Of a DNA stretch of 64,000 nucleotides, positions 1 to 13,839 are shown piece after piece. A model generated the notes under the pieces. That model saw only the letters and a list, made by a program, of their open reading frames with translations. It was not told the origin of the DNA and searched no databases. The stretch covers positions 87,918,001 through 87,982,000 of the forward strand of contig NC_086108.1 in the NCBI RefSeq assembly GCF_963921235.1. The letters are read 5' to 3'. A program made the translations under genes and the position numbers. The stretch is from Mobula hypostoma. Lineage: Eukaryota. Position 1 is the stretch's first letter, and each line of letters begins with the position of its first letter.

Positions 1-830
1 AGCCAATGGGACAAAGGTCGGCACGAACACCAGTTTGCCCTCTGGGGCAATGGCTCATGGTGTTCAGCATGGATACAGCTGTGGCATCACCCAGTACTTT
101 TCTTAATTCGATTTCACTAGATTCTGTGGGGTGGGGGTGGGGGGGAGATGTGGCATGCAAATTGTGGATGGATCTCCAATCAGGTGTTCTTGTTGAGAGG
201 TTATTCCTGGTACCAGTTACCAGATTAACCAAAATTAATCTGAGAGAGAGAAGCAGCTGGATTTGGTCACTTTTTAGATTGGATATTATGATCTCAAAGT
301 TAGGGACAATATTGACATATTAACAATTTGGGATTTAGTGCTATTTACAGGTAATAGGTGAGGACAGGAAAGGAAATACACTGATTTCCACACTTATAGA
401 TAATGACAATAAATGGGAGTCAGGGCTGGAGCTCACTTGGAAAATCTAGTGCAGAGATATATTAGCCACAGATCTGTACAATGAACACAGAGCAAAAGTG
501 TTACTGTTGGGCACAGACCAGATATTATTAGCAACTTTGAAAAATGGTTGCCTGTGGTTTGGGCAGAAAATAGTGAAATTAATTAGGAATGGAGATGGTG
601 GGAGAAGTGCTCCAAAGTCACAGGAGTACATACAGAGCCTGAAGCTTGGTGCAGCCAATGCTAAGTTTCTGTGGAGAAGGACCACATTACAGGCACCTTC
701 TCATACAGCACATGGAGAGGCAGAGTTAGTGCGGGGGTGATGGGGTGGGAGGGAGCCTCAAACAATGTATTACCCCAGGGGTCACAGGAGTGGCATCATG
801 CTAAGCTTATTTGGCTTTTTAAAATGTCTA
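1..830 (+). repeat. Old CR1 fragment
   Basis: Degenerate similarity to CR1 ORF2, from the endonuclease end to the RT start. Confidence 0.5.
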
Positions 831-846
831 CACTTCTGATTGTAAC

Positions 847-1083
847 TGTTACGTTTTGTAAGGCCAAAATATAAACCTAATTGCAAGGAAAAGATGGAGC
901 CAGGAACGAGCGTCTAACTTTGGTTTTTACTTTAAACAAGGTGTGCACGTATCATGTGGTGGCCTCAAAGTGAATGCAATTCACTTATTTTTACATAATC
1001 CTGTAATGAATTATTTACACAAAGAATGCTTACTCAAATTTAGAAGATTACTCAAATATTATTGAAATATTAAACACACAACA
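847..1083. mobile_element. Short solo LTR (237 bp)
   Basis: TGTT...AACA termini; 5-bp TSD GTAAC (842-846, 1084-1088). Confidence 0.75.
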
Positions 1084-4000
1084 GTAACTACCACGAACAT
1101 AGATCATTTTTTGCCCCGTTTCTTCCTTGGTATACTTTTCATTCTGAATAAAGTATATTTTTGAAATAAAATTGTACGATTGAAGGTGATGAAAGTGAAG
1201 GGTAAAACCCATCCACTTTGAGTGTGAGAGTCAGAACCCAACCTTCATTTAAATCGGAATGTTAATCAGCAAAGCTAACTCAAATATAACTTAAATGTGA
1301 AAGCAACTTAAACAGTATCCTGCTTTTAAAATTTTCCACATTCCTGCTCTAACATTTAATTGAAAGTCTCATGATGCACATCACAACCTTGTGATCTGTG
1401 ATGAAACAATGCCAAAGTCTGTACGGATCAGTGAAAGTGCTCCAAACATTTACATACACACTGGACTGCGGTGTCTTGCCACCACTACAATAGAAGTACA
1501 AAACGGACACAATGTCAGGTTGCCCTACAACTGCAGCGCTAACGTGAAGCACTTCAATTTAACATTGTTCCTCCGGTTCTACACTGTAGAATTGTGAACT
1601 AGCCCAGTAACATTAAATGTAAGAGCTTCTGCACCACGTTGTCTCAAAACATATTGTTCCAAAACTGAAACCATCCAATGACAGTCTGTACAACACCAAG
1701 TTTAGCATTAGTACAAAAGCAATTGCTTTGGTGTTAGCTGTGCCATTGCAGATGCAGCTGGGTAGCATACATCCTCCCCAATGGGGCAAGGGTTTTCAGC
1801 ATTTCACTTCCTAGGCACAGGTCAAACAGCATCCAAAATGTTTGGGTTGCTACTGGCATACTATGCCATATGCCAAAGAACAATGAGTCAAATCACATGT
1901 GTACATTATGAGCCAGATTCACATCTATTTATCACATGACTATAGAAACATACAGTGAAATATGCAACTTGTGAGAACAACCAACACACCCGAGGGTGGG
2001 CTGGGGGCAGCCCGCAAGTGTCGCTGCACATTCTGGCACCAACATAGCATTCCCACAATAGAACATACCAAGCAACAAAGCAGCAGCAAAACAAGCCCCT
2101 CTCCTCCCTGTTTCCCACCCACACTAATGCAGTCCTCTAACACCAGCAGGCTTGCGGAACCGCAGACATTGGACCCTTTGACTTCCCCAATGGACTCGCA
2201 GAGAGTCACAGACTTGGGGTTCCAGCCATCGGGCTTCGATCAACCTTTGCGCTTCGACGTGGACTTCCAACTGGCCGACTAGATCAAAGACAATGCTAAG
2301 TAACTATATCCCCTCATTCTAAACCCAATATGTTCCAAATGCATCACACTCACAGCAATGCATCTCTCATTGTTTGGTCCTTTTTATTACCCTCAGTAAC
2401 TTCAAAAGAACTAGATGCTTGTTATCATGGCCTGCGTATCTCCATTCATCACCAGGACAACTTGTGGATATAAACTTATCTGCAACGTCTCTCAAACCCA
2501 CTCAAACTCAACTATCAGCCACCTCTAGATGGTTTAACAAGTTCTTAACTGAATTGAGAAATGTCTATTTTCTCAGAGAGCACATGAAAGAACACGGCAT
2601 TTGTACTTAGTGCCCCTCCCTCATCCCTTTCCATTAACTTGGCAAATAGAAATTTCATGCTTCTAAAAAAAAACAACACACTCTGTATTCAAGTAGACTT
2701 GGCAAATTTTCCACAAAACTCTCACATAGCAAGTTTTTGATACAGTTCTCACATATGTTACCACAGGTTGATTTAGATTTTTTTAAAATTTTAAATTGTT
2801 GATAAATGGAACAAGTTATCAAATACTTGTCCAGTTGTGCCAATCTATTCAACTGATAAAGAAATCATCCAACATGAATCATAAAATTAAAAAAAAATGT
2901 CACTGAGAAGTGACTCATTCAAAGGAATGAGATTTTACAAGACTTAAAAGGAGTGGTATCTAATCTATTCTGCCTCCCTTTACATCACTCCCAATTTAAT
3001 AATGGTCCTTCCACTCCCTCTGTGCTGACTAATTCTAATACACCTTGATAAAGTGCTTTAGGTAACTGGAACAAAACAGGCAGGTCACACAACTGCCTGT
3101 CACCTACTTCTGTGGGTTTTTTAAAAATACTTTTAATGATTGATTTAACCAGTTAAATTAATCATTAAGAGTTTTAACCCCCCCCCCAACAGAATCGCAG
3201 ATTTTAAAATTGGAATACTACCTAAAAATCCATACTTGTCTAAACAAAAGTCACAAGTGTGCTGGGAAGAGAACAGCAAAATAGGTGAGATTAAGGTAAA
3301 TTTAGATTCGCCTGGCAAATGACAGCCAGGTAAAGATTCATCAGTACTTGCTTCCACCCTCAAAACACTTCTTACTCAAAACCCACCATACACATAGCTG
3401 GCACCTGCCTAGAAACCAAGGGTTCTCATGCTGCTGCATTAACTGGGCATAACTGGCAAGTGACAATGCCAGACCTTTAATGAACTACCCTCTACTAACA
3501 TCTAGACAATCAATTTCACCAGCGATGACTAAACTGTTGATAGCTGTAACATAAGAGGGAAGGGCTGGCTTTTCAGCTCTTCCATTAGTCATCCATAATG
3601 TGGACAATGTGGACAGCTCAATTAAATATGAACTTTACCTCAAGGGTGGCTAGTAGCCTCTGGTTAAAAAAAAAGTGGAAAATAAATAGGAAGGGAATAA
3701 ATCAGTAACCAAGATTCCCACAGCTGAAAAATAAGAAATAGTAACACACACAAAATGCTGAAGGAGTTCAGCAGGCAGCATTTATAGAAAGGAGTAAAGT
3801 GTCAATGCTCCAGGCCGATTTCCAGCACCTGCAGAATCACGTGTTGAGGAAGTCATCAGTGTTAAGCGAAGATAGGGTAAAACTCTGTCGTGGTTTCTTC
3901 CACCTCAAGAATATGCCACTGAGCCCCACCACCCTACTTCAGGCTGAAAGAATTGGACAGGTCCAGAACGTGACCCTTGTAGGTACAATAAAATAAGACA

Positions 4001-7000
4001 CTGAACCATACAGCATCTTCTGAAGGTCGCAGCTCAGAAGCGGAACTTCCTGTGCTATCTATGGGTAAAGTACAAGTGCCAATCGGAATTGTTATGGGGA
4101 AAGATTAGGTTTGAACTTTTCAAACTCTCTAATCAAGCCCCACTGCCCTGTCATTAATAGCTGTGGTGAAATGAGTTTCACAATACATCCTTCCTGTTAA
4201 AATCTGTTGGATTATTTGGTTAATCTTCAATTTTACAGCAGCAGAAATATGGGGATGAATACATTTATACAGTTTAAATTTTATCATGCACACTTTGAAA
4301 TAAATTATATTTATCCTGCTCATTTAAAACTGGAATGTGCAAGAAGTGAATTTAAAATGGCAACAATCTCCTTGGAAGAATTAAAGAATCTTACAGCCAT
4401 TCATTATTCTGAAAGAAATCAAGTGCATAGCATCTTCTTTTTAGAGTTAAAAAATAATTTAACTTTTCATAACTTTCCTTAATCTCTTTAAAGAACTACA
4501 CAAAAATACTTATTTAACTTTACTGCAGACAAATTGTTGGTGCATCTTATAAACATCATTTGATATCTGTGAGTAATCAAAATTGCTCACTTAATTTAAT
4601 AAGAAATAACACCATCTGAAAATTTGGAATTTATGCCAAGTGCAGGACACTGGATTAACTGTGTCCCTGAAAATAACCAATTTTGACAAGCCTTTGAACC
4701 AAAGCAACCATCATCATATTTACATTGAAAGCTAGTCCTTTATTCTACAAGCTCTTTATAATTATCAACAAACCTCATGAGAATTTAAAAAAATCTAAAC
4801 TGGTAATATCCAATGCATTATCAGTATATTATTACCACAAAAGCTAATAGTAATTGCTGTTTACAACAAGTTGATCATGGTTTTTTTAAATTTAAGTTCT
4901 TATTTTATTTGCCACCATGGTTTGTTAGGTAGTTTACAGATTCCACGAACAGAGAAGTTAAGAGTCAAACAGCTGCTCAACTGGTGCAATTTCAACAGCC
5001 AAAATGTTACAGTCAGAGCTTCTGCTATTTCTTCCTTAATATCCTAACATTTAAATCATGTGGTATTTTCACACATTTCAGTTCTTTTTCCAGTTACTTC
5101 ACTATTACCCAACCAGCTCTTCCATCACGTGTATATAACTGTGGTCGAGCAAACTCATGGCAAATTATTCATCTTTTCCTACAGCCACAAGATCTCCTTT
5201 TACACCCCTTATGAATCCCATTTCTAATGCCTCATAAAATAAAAAGTTACTTCCTTCAAGTCAACCAAAAGCCTTTCATAATTTTGCTGGCCTTTTTAAT
5301 CTGCTTTTTAAGCCATCAGTATCTTTCATTAACCCAAACTCGATTTGTAATGTGCTTCAATCTAATTGCAATATGATTAAAAAAGGCCTTATTATTTATC
5401 CCAAAGGTCTTTTCTGAGAATGTACACAGAACTGGCAGTGATGTTTGCTACTTAACTATTGCATGCAAAAGCACTTCATACAAGTACAAAGTAACACACA
5501 CAAAATGCTGGAGGAACCCAACAGGTCAGGCAGCATCTATGGAAAGGAATAAAGAGTCGTTTCAGGCAAGACCCTTTATCAGGGAATCTAGTATCTGCAG
5601 ACTCTCCTGTGTTTATCATACAAATCCTTTATCATCTCATAATACAAGTCCTTTATATTCTCATTCTGAACGATGATATCTCCAACAGTGTAGCACCCTT
5701 TGTACAATACAAAGGTGCCTGCTCACAAGAAAATCAATTTTAAAAATATTGTGTTACAACATCTAAGAAATTGGAGGAAATCAGGATTTCTGTATGTGGT
5801 AATGTGGTATTTACATAGAAAGATCACATCTGTGGTTGGAAGTTTAAAATTCTTCATCAGTACAACAGAAAGAAAAAGTGCCATCCAACATTAAATTCCT
5901 TACAAGTATTTAACATCTTCAGGTCTTTACAGGCATTGAGCAGTAATGTTTTACATTCATGCCAAATATTGCTCATAGCCTTGGAGTCATAATTCTTCCA
6001 CACGTGAACCTGTTAAGCAACTATTAAACTTTGAATGAAAGAGGAGGAATGAACAGAGAACACAAATAGACTAATCAGGAATAAGCAGATAGTAGTCAAA
6101 GAGAAGGGCATTCAGGCAATTGACAAAAAAAAACATCATTCACCTCGGGTCAAGCATTAAGCCTGAACTCTTTAAAGAAATGTTGCAAACCCCATATCTC
6201 GGATATGTACTAGCAAAAAAAGGAGGAAATCATTTAAAAATACAAAAATGAAATTAAGCTTGATCCATCCAGTTTACTTTTAACTGCCGATCACCAGACT
6301 GGCTTTACAACTTCTTGCTTTAAAACATACCCGACAAGGCTTCCAGACAGCACCAAAGAGGTGATGGATAATCAGCAGCCGGAGTCAGCATTACGCAGCT
6401 GGACACTGGCTCTACAATGAATATTCATCATACTGCAAGGTACTAATTCAACCAACAACGTTGCCCTTGCATTAATAATTCAGTATTTACTGAGATACAT
6501 CATGGATTAGACCCTTTGAGTCATGACGCCTAGCCTAATTATGGGAAATTTTTACAATGACCAATTAACCTATCAACTGGTACATCTTTGGTCAGTGGGT
6601 GGAAACCAGAGCACCCAGAGGAAACCCACACAGTCACGGGGAAAACATACAAACTCCTTACAGACAGCTCCTTAGATTAATAACACAGTTAAACGTGTTA
6701 ACATTGATATCACAAAGTTAACAGCAGATCATACTCTGTCGCAGAAAACCCCGAATTACGTTTAATGACAAATCTCAAACTTTGAACGTATGTATCCCAA
6801 ATGCAAGGAAACACAAGAGGCAGGCTGGGGAGAGTGCACAATGCCCTTTTTATGGTTTATCTCCCTATTGCAAGTTAACAAGCCTTCTTGTGCTACAATT
6901 TCACACCTGAACAACTGGTACTTCACACTATGTTATTAATCTAACTCTTCAGGAAAACATTGTACAGAAGATCCAAATTGGTCTGTTGCATCAATCCTAG

Positions 7001-8399
7001 TTCAAGAATTATTATCATTTTCCAACTCATGATCCAGAACTTTGAAGTTCAGAGCATTTCAACAGCATTCCCTCCCTCCCTGCCCCCAAACTCTCTCCCC
7101 CCCCCAAAAAAAATAGCATACACACAAACCAACTTTACCTCCGCCAACTACTCAGATAAAATAACCAAACCAGGACTAATCAGGTTCCTCACACTGAAGC
7201 CTCATTCTCCATTCAGTGCAGCTGCAATTACAATAAAGGCAGGGACATTTGTACACAAACATTCTATGACTTCAACTTTCTGGATCTATAGGGATGCAGC
7301 ACCAGCCAGGAACTTCCACCTTTCTGAGGTGCCATGTCCATGGGAAAAATGGCCTATATTTCCTGACTGAAATTCCACAGTTCTAAGCCACACTGCTCAA
7401 AGTTGCTAGTTAACTTACAGTTCAGATAATTAGTGCTAACCCAATTGTGACCTAAAATGAAGATTCTGTTTAAAGTTCTTAAATGACAAATTAATTAAAA
7501 AGATCTGCAAGTCACATGTTCTTCACATACTCCAGTATCCAATCACAGAGGAGAATCAGTCAGTACATCCAATGAGAGGCAACGATAGGGTAGATGGGCA
7601 GAGTCCTTTTCCAGGGGTGGCAAATGGCAATGTGAAGTATTAGAAGGCATAGCTTCAAGGTAAAGGGGAAAAATCTGAAGGAGATTTACATAGAAAGATT
7701 TATTTTGGAGAAAAAGGGTGATAGGTGCCAAAATATGCTGCCAATAGGAAATATGTAAACAAATACAATGGCAGTGTTTCAGAGGCATTCAGGATGGCAC
7801 GTGAACAGGCAAGGTTGGAGGGATTATAGATAGCGTGCAAACAGAAGGAGTAGAGTGATGTGACACCGTGGTAGGTAGAGACAGTGGGTCAAAGGACCCA
7901 ACCCTAAGTTATGCTGTTCCAAGACCAATTGGCCACCAAGAACATCGATTCAAATCCTAACTCGACAGGTTTTTAATTCGAGCAATATCAACAACATTTG
8001 CGTGCATCTTTTGTAAAAGCCAGACTATAAAGGATGCAACTCCCCGCCCCATCCCAAATGAGAAAAGATTAACGCCCCATTAAAGTTTAGTAATAGCCCT
8101 GAAGCTTGGTGCTGTGACATCCAAGGGGGGCACTTTGAAATGAATGACTTCAAAATTAGATTTTTCAAGCAGTAAAGCCGGAAATGCATTTTTTGGTGAA
8201 AAAAACTCGAAAGCTCCTTCAGCCATTATGGAAAAAATTTCTGACATCTAACTCATGCGTCCGGTCGAACCTTGTTTACAGAAGTAGAGGCAAAAAAAAA
8301 GCCTGTTCACAGAAAACGCAACTAAGTAAATTTTCAAGTTATTTTCACGGGGCTAAACTATGAGACAGGTTTATTCCGAGTTTCGCAGTCCTATTTAGC

Positions 8400-9190
8400 A
8401 TGAGTTACACACACGCACAAGTTTAGAAGTTGTGAACCCGCGCCCATCATGCTATGTGGTCCACCCGAGAGAGTGGAACCGAGTAGTAATTCACTCCCCA
8501 TTCTCGCCCCGCACGAAGGCTGAGACTCGGGGGGAAAGGAAGAGAGGGGAGGGAGGAGTACTTTCCCCCCTTTCGACCATTACTCACCCGAGACTCTGAG
8601 AGTTGTTGGAGTTTGTACAAAAAAGAAGACAGTCACAAAGTTAACTTCTCCTCGCCCAACCCGCGGATCAGCTGATGGAGCGACAGCCCCTAAACTCAAG
8701 GCAGATCAGCGCCGGTTGGATAGAGAGATGAGATCAGTGGTGAGGAGTGATGGCAATCTGAGCAGTCATTTGTTAAGGCGGAAGGTGGAGAAAATGTTGT
8801 CTGAAGGACCACCTCAAAACAACGGCGTAATTGGCAACTTGTGACTGAATTTGACTCGAGAAGTAGATTGGCAAAGAGGCGGAGAGCTCCCTTTCTCGTC
8901 AAAGGCAAACCTTAGTGCTGAGCAGAGTTCGGAACGGGGTTTAACCTTTTCCACTTTCCGGGATAGGCGATTGCGCGTTCAAACCCACATTTCCGTGAAC
9001 TTTGCGGCACTTCCGCGCTGACCCCGGTGCCGCTTGGTCTTTCATCGTGCGGCAAAGGTTCATTGTGTAGAAAAGTATCTAGGTGTCGGTAAGCGACGAA
9101 TATCCAAATGGGATAATTCAAGGTCACAGTCACTAACTTTATAATAAACATAACCTCCTTCAGAAACAATAGGGCGGCGATACAAATGTG
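8400..9190. promoter_or_regulatory. CpG-rich promoter with non-coding first exon of a minus-strand gene running out of the left edge
   Basis: High CpG density. Strong donor CGG|GTGAGT (minus) at 8588/8587; CCAAT (minus) at 8830-8834 and 8867-8871; GC boxes; three ETS-type TTCCG cores at about 8955-9015. No coding exon was recognised in 1-8500. Confidence 0.65.
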
Positions 9191-10509
9191 CATTCAATTC
9201 TGGTCGCCCCATTGTGGGAAGGATATGGAAGCTCAGGAGAGGGTGTAAGAGGTTTATCCCGATGCTGCCTGGTTACACACAAAATGCTGGAGGAACTCAG
9301 CAGGTCGGGCAGCATCTATAGATAAAATAAAAGAGTCGACGTTTCGGGCCGAGACCTTTCATCAGGGCAGTGTGTGCTATGAGAAGATGTTGGACAGACT
9401 TGCTCTGTAGTGGAGGGTGAAGTGTATACGATTTTCAGAGGCATCGACAGAGTAGGAGCTGGTATCTTTTTTCCCCCCAAGGTCGAAATGTTTAATATTA
9501 GAAGGCATATGAATTGAAGGTGAGAGGATGTAAGCTGTGGAGATGTAGGGAGCAAGTTATTTTTAAATGGTGGTGGATATCTGGAATGCATCGGCATTGG
9601 GGAGAGTCAGAGGCGGCAAATATCGGAGAAGCGTTTTAAGAAGTAGTTAGATGGGAACGTGAATATGCAGGGTAAGGAAGGATATGCGCAGGAAGAGGAA
9701 CGAGTTTAGTTAGGCTTTTACGTACTGGTCGAATAAGTTGTGGGCTGAAATACCTATCGTGCTGTACTCACTACTGTCCTACATTCTAGATGAAGGGAAA
9801 TCCATAGACTCAAGAGGTACAGTTGCTGAAAGAGATGGGCAAAGTGTCAGCATTGATTATGAAGGCATATAAAACAGCAATTAAAATAGGAAATTGTAAT
9901 TTTAACCACATGTCCCTAGTATGCATCCATTATATTACTCCGAGACAAGAAATATCAGACAGGCAATAAAAAAAAGCCACAGTGAAGGTAATAAATGGAA
10001 ACAAACAAGTCAAATGTTATTTCAATCATACCGTAACTCGGTAGACGTAACAACAAAAGGTGTTCAGTTATGAAGTGGCAAATAACAGGATGAGACCAAA
10101 AATATTCTTTATACTGTGATTGGTTCTTGTTTCCCGTTTGAAATATTCTCCTTCAGAAAACGTCATGCATCAAGTTTCCCTAGGACTTGGAAGGAAGCCA
10201 TTTTGCTTCAGTAATCTCATTCCCACTCTCTGTCTATGCAAACTACTCTCCGCAGATCCTCATCAACTTCCTCAAGAATATACCACTCTCTACATTCTAA
10301 GAGCAATTCATTGTGATCAAATAGTTTATGCTCAACCCAGATAATAAGTTACCCAACTTATCCAACTGTAACTTATCCAAAGGTCATGAGAAAAACATTC
10401 TAAAGAAGTGCAAAAACAGGAATTCTGCAGATGCTGGAAATGCTAGCAACACACATCAAAGTTGCTGGTGAACGCAGCAGGCCAAGCAGCATCTATAGGA
10501 AGAGGCACA

Positions 10510-10543
10510 GTCGACGTTTCAGGCCGAGACCCTTCGTCAGGAC
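10510..10543 (-). ncRNA. Minimal type I hammerhead ribozyme motif, intact core
   Basis: Reverse complement reads GUC-CUGACGA-AGG gucucgg CCU-GAAAC-GUC-GAC. Confidence 0.75.
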
Positions 10544-10974
10544 AATACAACTACAGCTGACTGAAGGGTCTCGGCTGGAACGTCGACTGCGCCTCTTCCT
10601 ACAGATGCTGCTTGGCCTGCTGCGTTCACCAGCAACTTTGATGTGTGTTGCTTAAAGAAATGCCTCACTTTGATGGTGATCAATACAATGTCGTGCATCT
10701 ATGAAAAGTCTATATTGAGAGAGGTTCCAAAATCAAAACTCAGGACATTTCACTTCTCCTCATGTCTCTCGGTTAACATTGTTCCATGTTAACCATGGCA
10801 GCCTTTCGCCCATTACTTTTTCTCCATCAATTACTTCCACTTTGTTTTGACACCACACAGTCCACTCTAATTTCCTTGCATCTTTCAGTATGACAAGCTT
10901 CCATCTTTAGATAATAAACAGTCCAATTCCAAGGAATTGCTACTGCACAAGTGAAGAAATCTCTTCTCATTTCC

Positions 10975-11700
10975 ATTTTGGCTGCATCACTGTCTAGTAT
11001 GGGAACTGTACCTCCCTAATCACAGGGAGTTTCTCCCTTTTGCCGCCTGCTATCGGGGACTCGGGAGTCGATCGACTCGGGGACTTTTGAAACCTTATTT
11101 ACTGTGCCCATGCTTTGTTCTTCATCAAATTATTGGTAATTGCTTTGCACTGCTGTAACTATATATTATAATTATGTGGTTCTGTCAGTGTTAGTCTTTG
11201 GTTTGTCCTGTTTTCTGTGATATCACTCCAGAGAAACATTATGTCATTTCTTAGTGCATGTATGCATTTCTAAATGACAATAAAAAGAGGACTGAATGTT
11301 CTCATAATCTAAAATCTAATCGCAGGACTTTGCACGTGTAGTTGTGAACTTCCTGTGATTCAGGACACTTACAAAGACAGGTGTGTAAAAAGGGCCTGAA
11401 GGATCATTGGGGACCCGAGCCATCCCAACCACAAACTGTTCCAGCTGCTACCATCCGGGAAACGGTACCGTAGCATAAAAGCCAAGACCAACAGGCTCCA
11501 GGACAGCTTCTTCCACCAGGCCATCAGACTGATGAATTCACGCTGGTTTGAGGGTACTCTATATTATGTTGACTGTTCTATTTATTATAATTTTATTATA
11601 AATTACTATGATTGCACATTTTGCATTTAAATAGAGACGTAACACAAAGGTTTTTATTCCTCGTGTATGTGAAGGATGTAAGAAATAAAGTTGATTGAAC
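10975..11700 (+). mobile_element. Rex1-type 3' fragment with a nested 289-bp retroposed insert (11027-11315)
   Basis: The insert is flanked by CTAATCACAGG / CTAATCGCAGG and ends in an (AATCT)n tail. Confidence 0.65.
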
Positions 11701-13839
11701 TCAATACACGTCCTTTATTTTCAGATCATGAATCCTGACCTTAGACTCCCTAGCCAAGCAACAATTCTCAGACACCTCCTTATACCTACCCCTCAAGGAG
11801 GACCCCACTCCACACCCTCAAAGATCTGTCTCTGAAACTATCACTGACCTCATCTAGTCTGGAGAACTCCCAACCACTGCCCTCAAATTTATAGTTTCCT
11901 TACCCCATACTGTTCACTTCTACCTCCTACGAAAGAGTCATACTGTTTGGGTAGGCATTGAGTCAGAGTGCCAAATCACTCAGTCGAATTCCAAGCTGCA
12001 CGCCACAGGCTCCAACAATCTCCAAAACTCAATCAAGACAAAAAGAAGAATCAGAAGGCATAGAAAAAGTGAAATAATTGAAGAGATAGGCTATCAGACT
12101 TTGACAAATTTCTATTAGATATGTGTTGGAGAGCATATTGACTGGCTGCATCATAGTCTGTTATTGAATCACCAATGCCTTTGAATGGAAAATCCTGCAG
12201 AAGTTACTGGATATGGCCCAGTCCATCACAGGTAAAGCCCTCCCCACCATTGAGCATATCTACATGGAGCGTGTTCAGAGAAAAGCTTCATAGTCAAAAA
12301 CTTTGATGTTCAGCAACTGTTGTCAGGTAGGAAACACTATGGTTAGGTTCTGTAAAGCAAACTCCAACAAACAGTGAGATCTTCACACTTATGAAGCCAT
12401 CTTCCCTCTCACTATATCACCTTCCAGCCTGTATGCCTTCCCCTCCCCCAACCTTCTTATTTTGGCTTTTTACCCATTCCTTTCCAGTCCTGATGAAGGG
12501 TCTAGTGCTGAAACATCAATGATCTATTCCTTTTCATAGATACTGACTCAGGGAGCAATACAGCACTCCATCTGTATGGAACGAATGCTGGCTGGATTGT
12601 TGTGCTGGACACTCTGCAGTATGACCTGGACCAACAAACCTCAGACTAAGCGGGAGAATCATACGCTCAGGATCCCACAGCACAGAAACAGCCCCTTCAG
12701 TCACGATCAACCACCAGGTTATATGACCCCCTACACTGATTCCATTTTATTCTATTTATTGTACATTCCCGTCAATGAACCTCAGATTCTGCCTCCAATT
12801 TACAAAGGGCAGTTAACTACATCGGCACACTGCAAACTCCACACAGACAGCCCTGAAGGTCAGGATGGAACATGGGATCCTGGAGCTCTACAAGCTGGGC
12901 CTAATTGTGAACACTGTTGTAGATCCTTGTAAGCATGTAAGCATGTATCTGCTAATACGATTATAACAATTAGTGAATATTAAGCTCATTGTGTTTGCGC
13001 TGCCTTATTGGGAAAACTACCCTCAGTTCCCCCCCTTTCTTTATAGGTCTGCAATTCTGTTTTCTTTTGACAGCATTCATTGACATCTTCCTATTGGGTT
13101 CCAGATGCTCCCATTTTTTTTCAAAGTTCATTTTTCATAGTTAATACCATTACCTCTGAATTTCTTCTGTCCACATTTGCTGCTTGACCTGGTGAATAGA
13201 TTGAGCAAGGGGAGTTATTCTTCAGCCTTTATCTCTCATAGACACATAGGCTACTATTAATGCCTCCACATCTTGTCTCCCAACTCATGCACCACTTGCT
13301 ATTCAGTTTCTGCCCGTCTCCACCCCACCTCAGACACTCCCTCTATTCTCTTCACCTCTCCCATTTAAAAAATGTTTGTCCTTTAACTTTTCCTGGCTTT
13401 GATGTACGATAATCAGTCTGAAATGTGAATGTTCCTCTTTTCACGTGCTGCTTGACCAGTCTTTCCCACATTGATCCAGAATCTTCACTTGACAAATCAT
13501 ATTTATTATTTGAAAGTCTTCAAATCAACAATCACAAAATAATAACTTACAGTATATTTCAGATCATGACTACTTCCTGCTGTGTTTTTACTCATTCTAA
13601 AATCGATATCTTATCATTCTTGAACAATTCACTGACTGGAACATTTTACTTACCTTATCTAAACTATTCATGATCCTGTACATTTAAAGGTCTAAGACCA
13701 AACTTTGAGCGTAATCTTACAGCTAAAATTATGCATGCCTGTTGCTCTGTGGTACCTGTGATGTGGTTACTATGATCAGATTATTTAGCCAGCTGTAAAA
13801 AAAACTGCTATTTATGTGCATTAACAGAACCTCTATTTC

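Noticed and set aside
5900..6012. Possible internal exon of the left-hand minus-strand gene (acceptor ttaacag)
   Set aside because: No recognisable protein and no strong donor.
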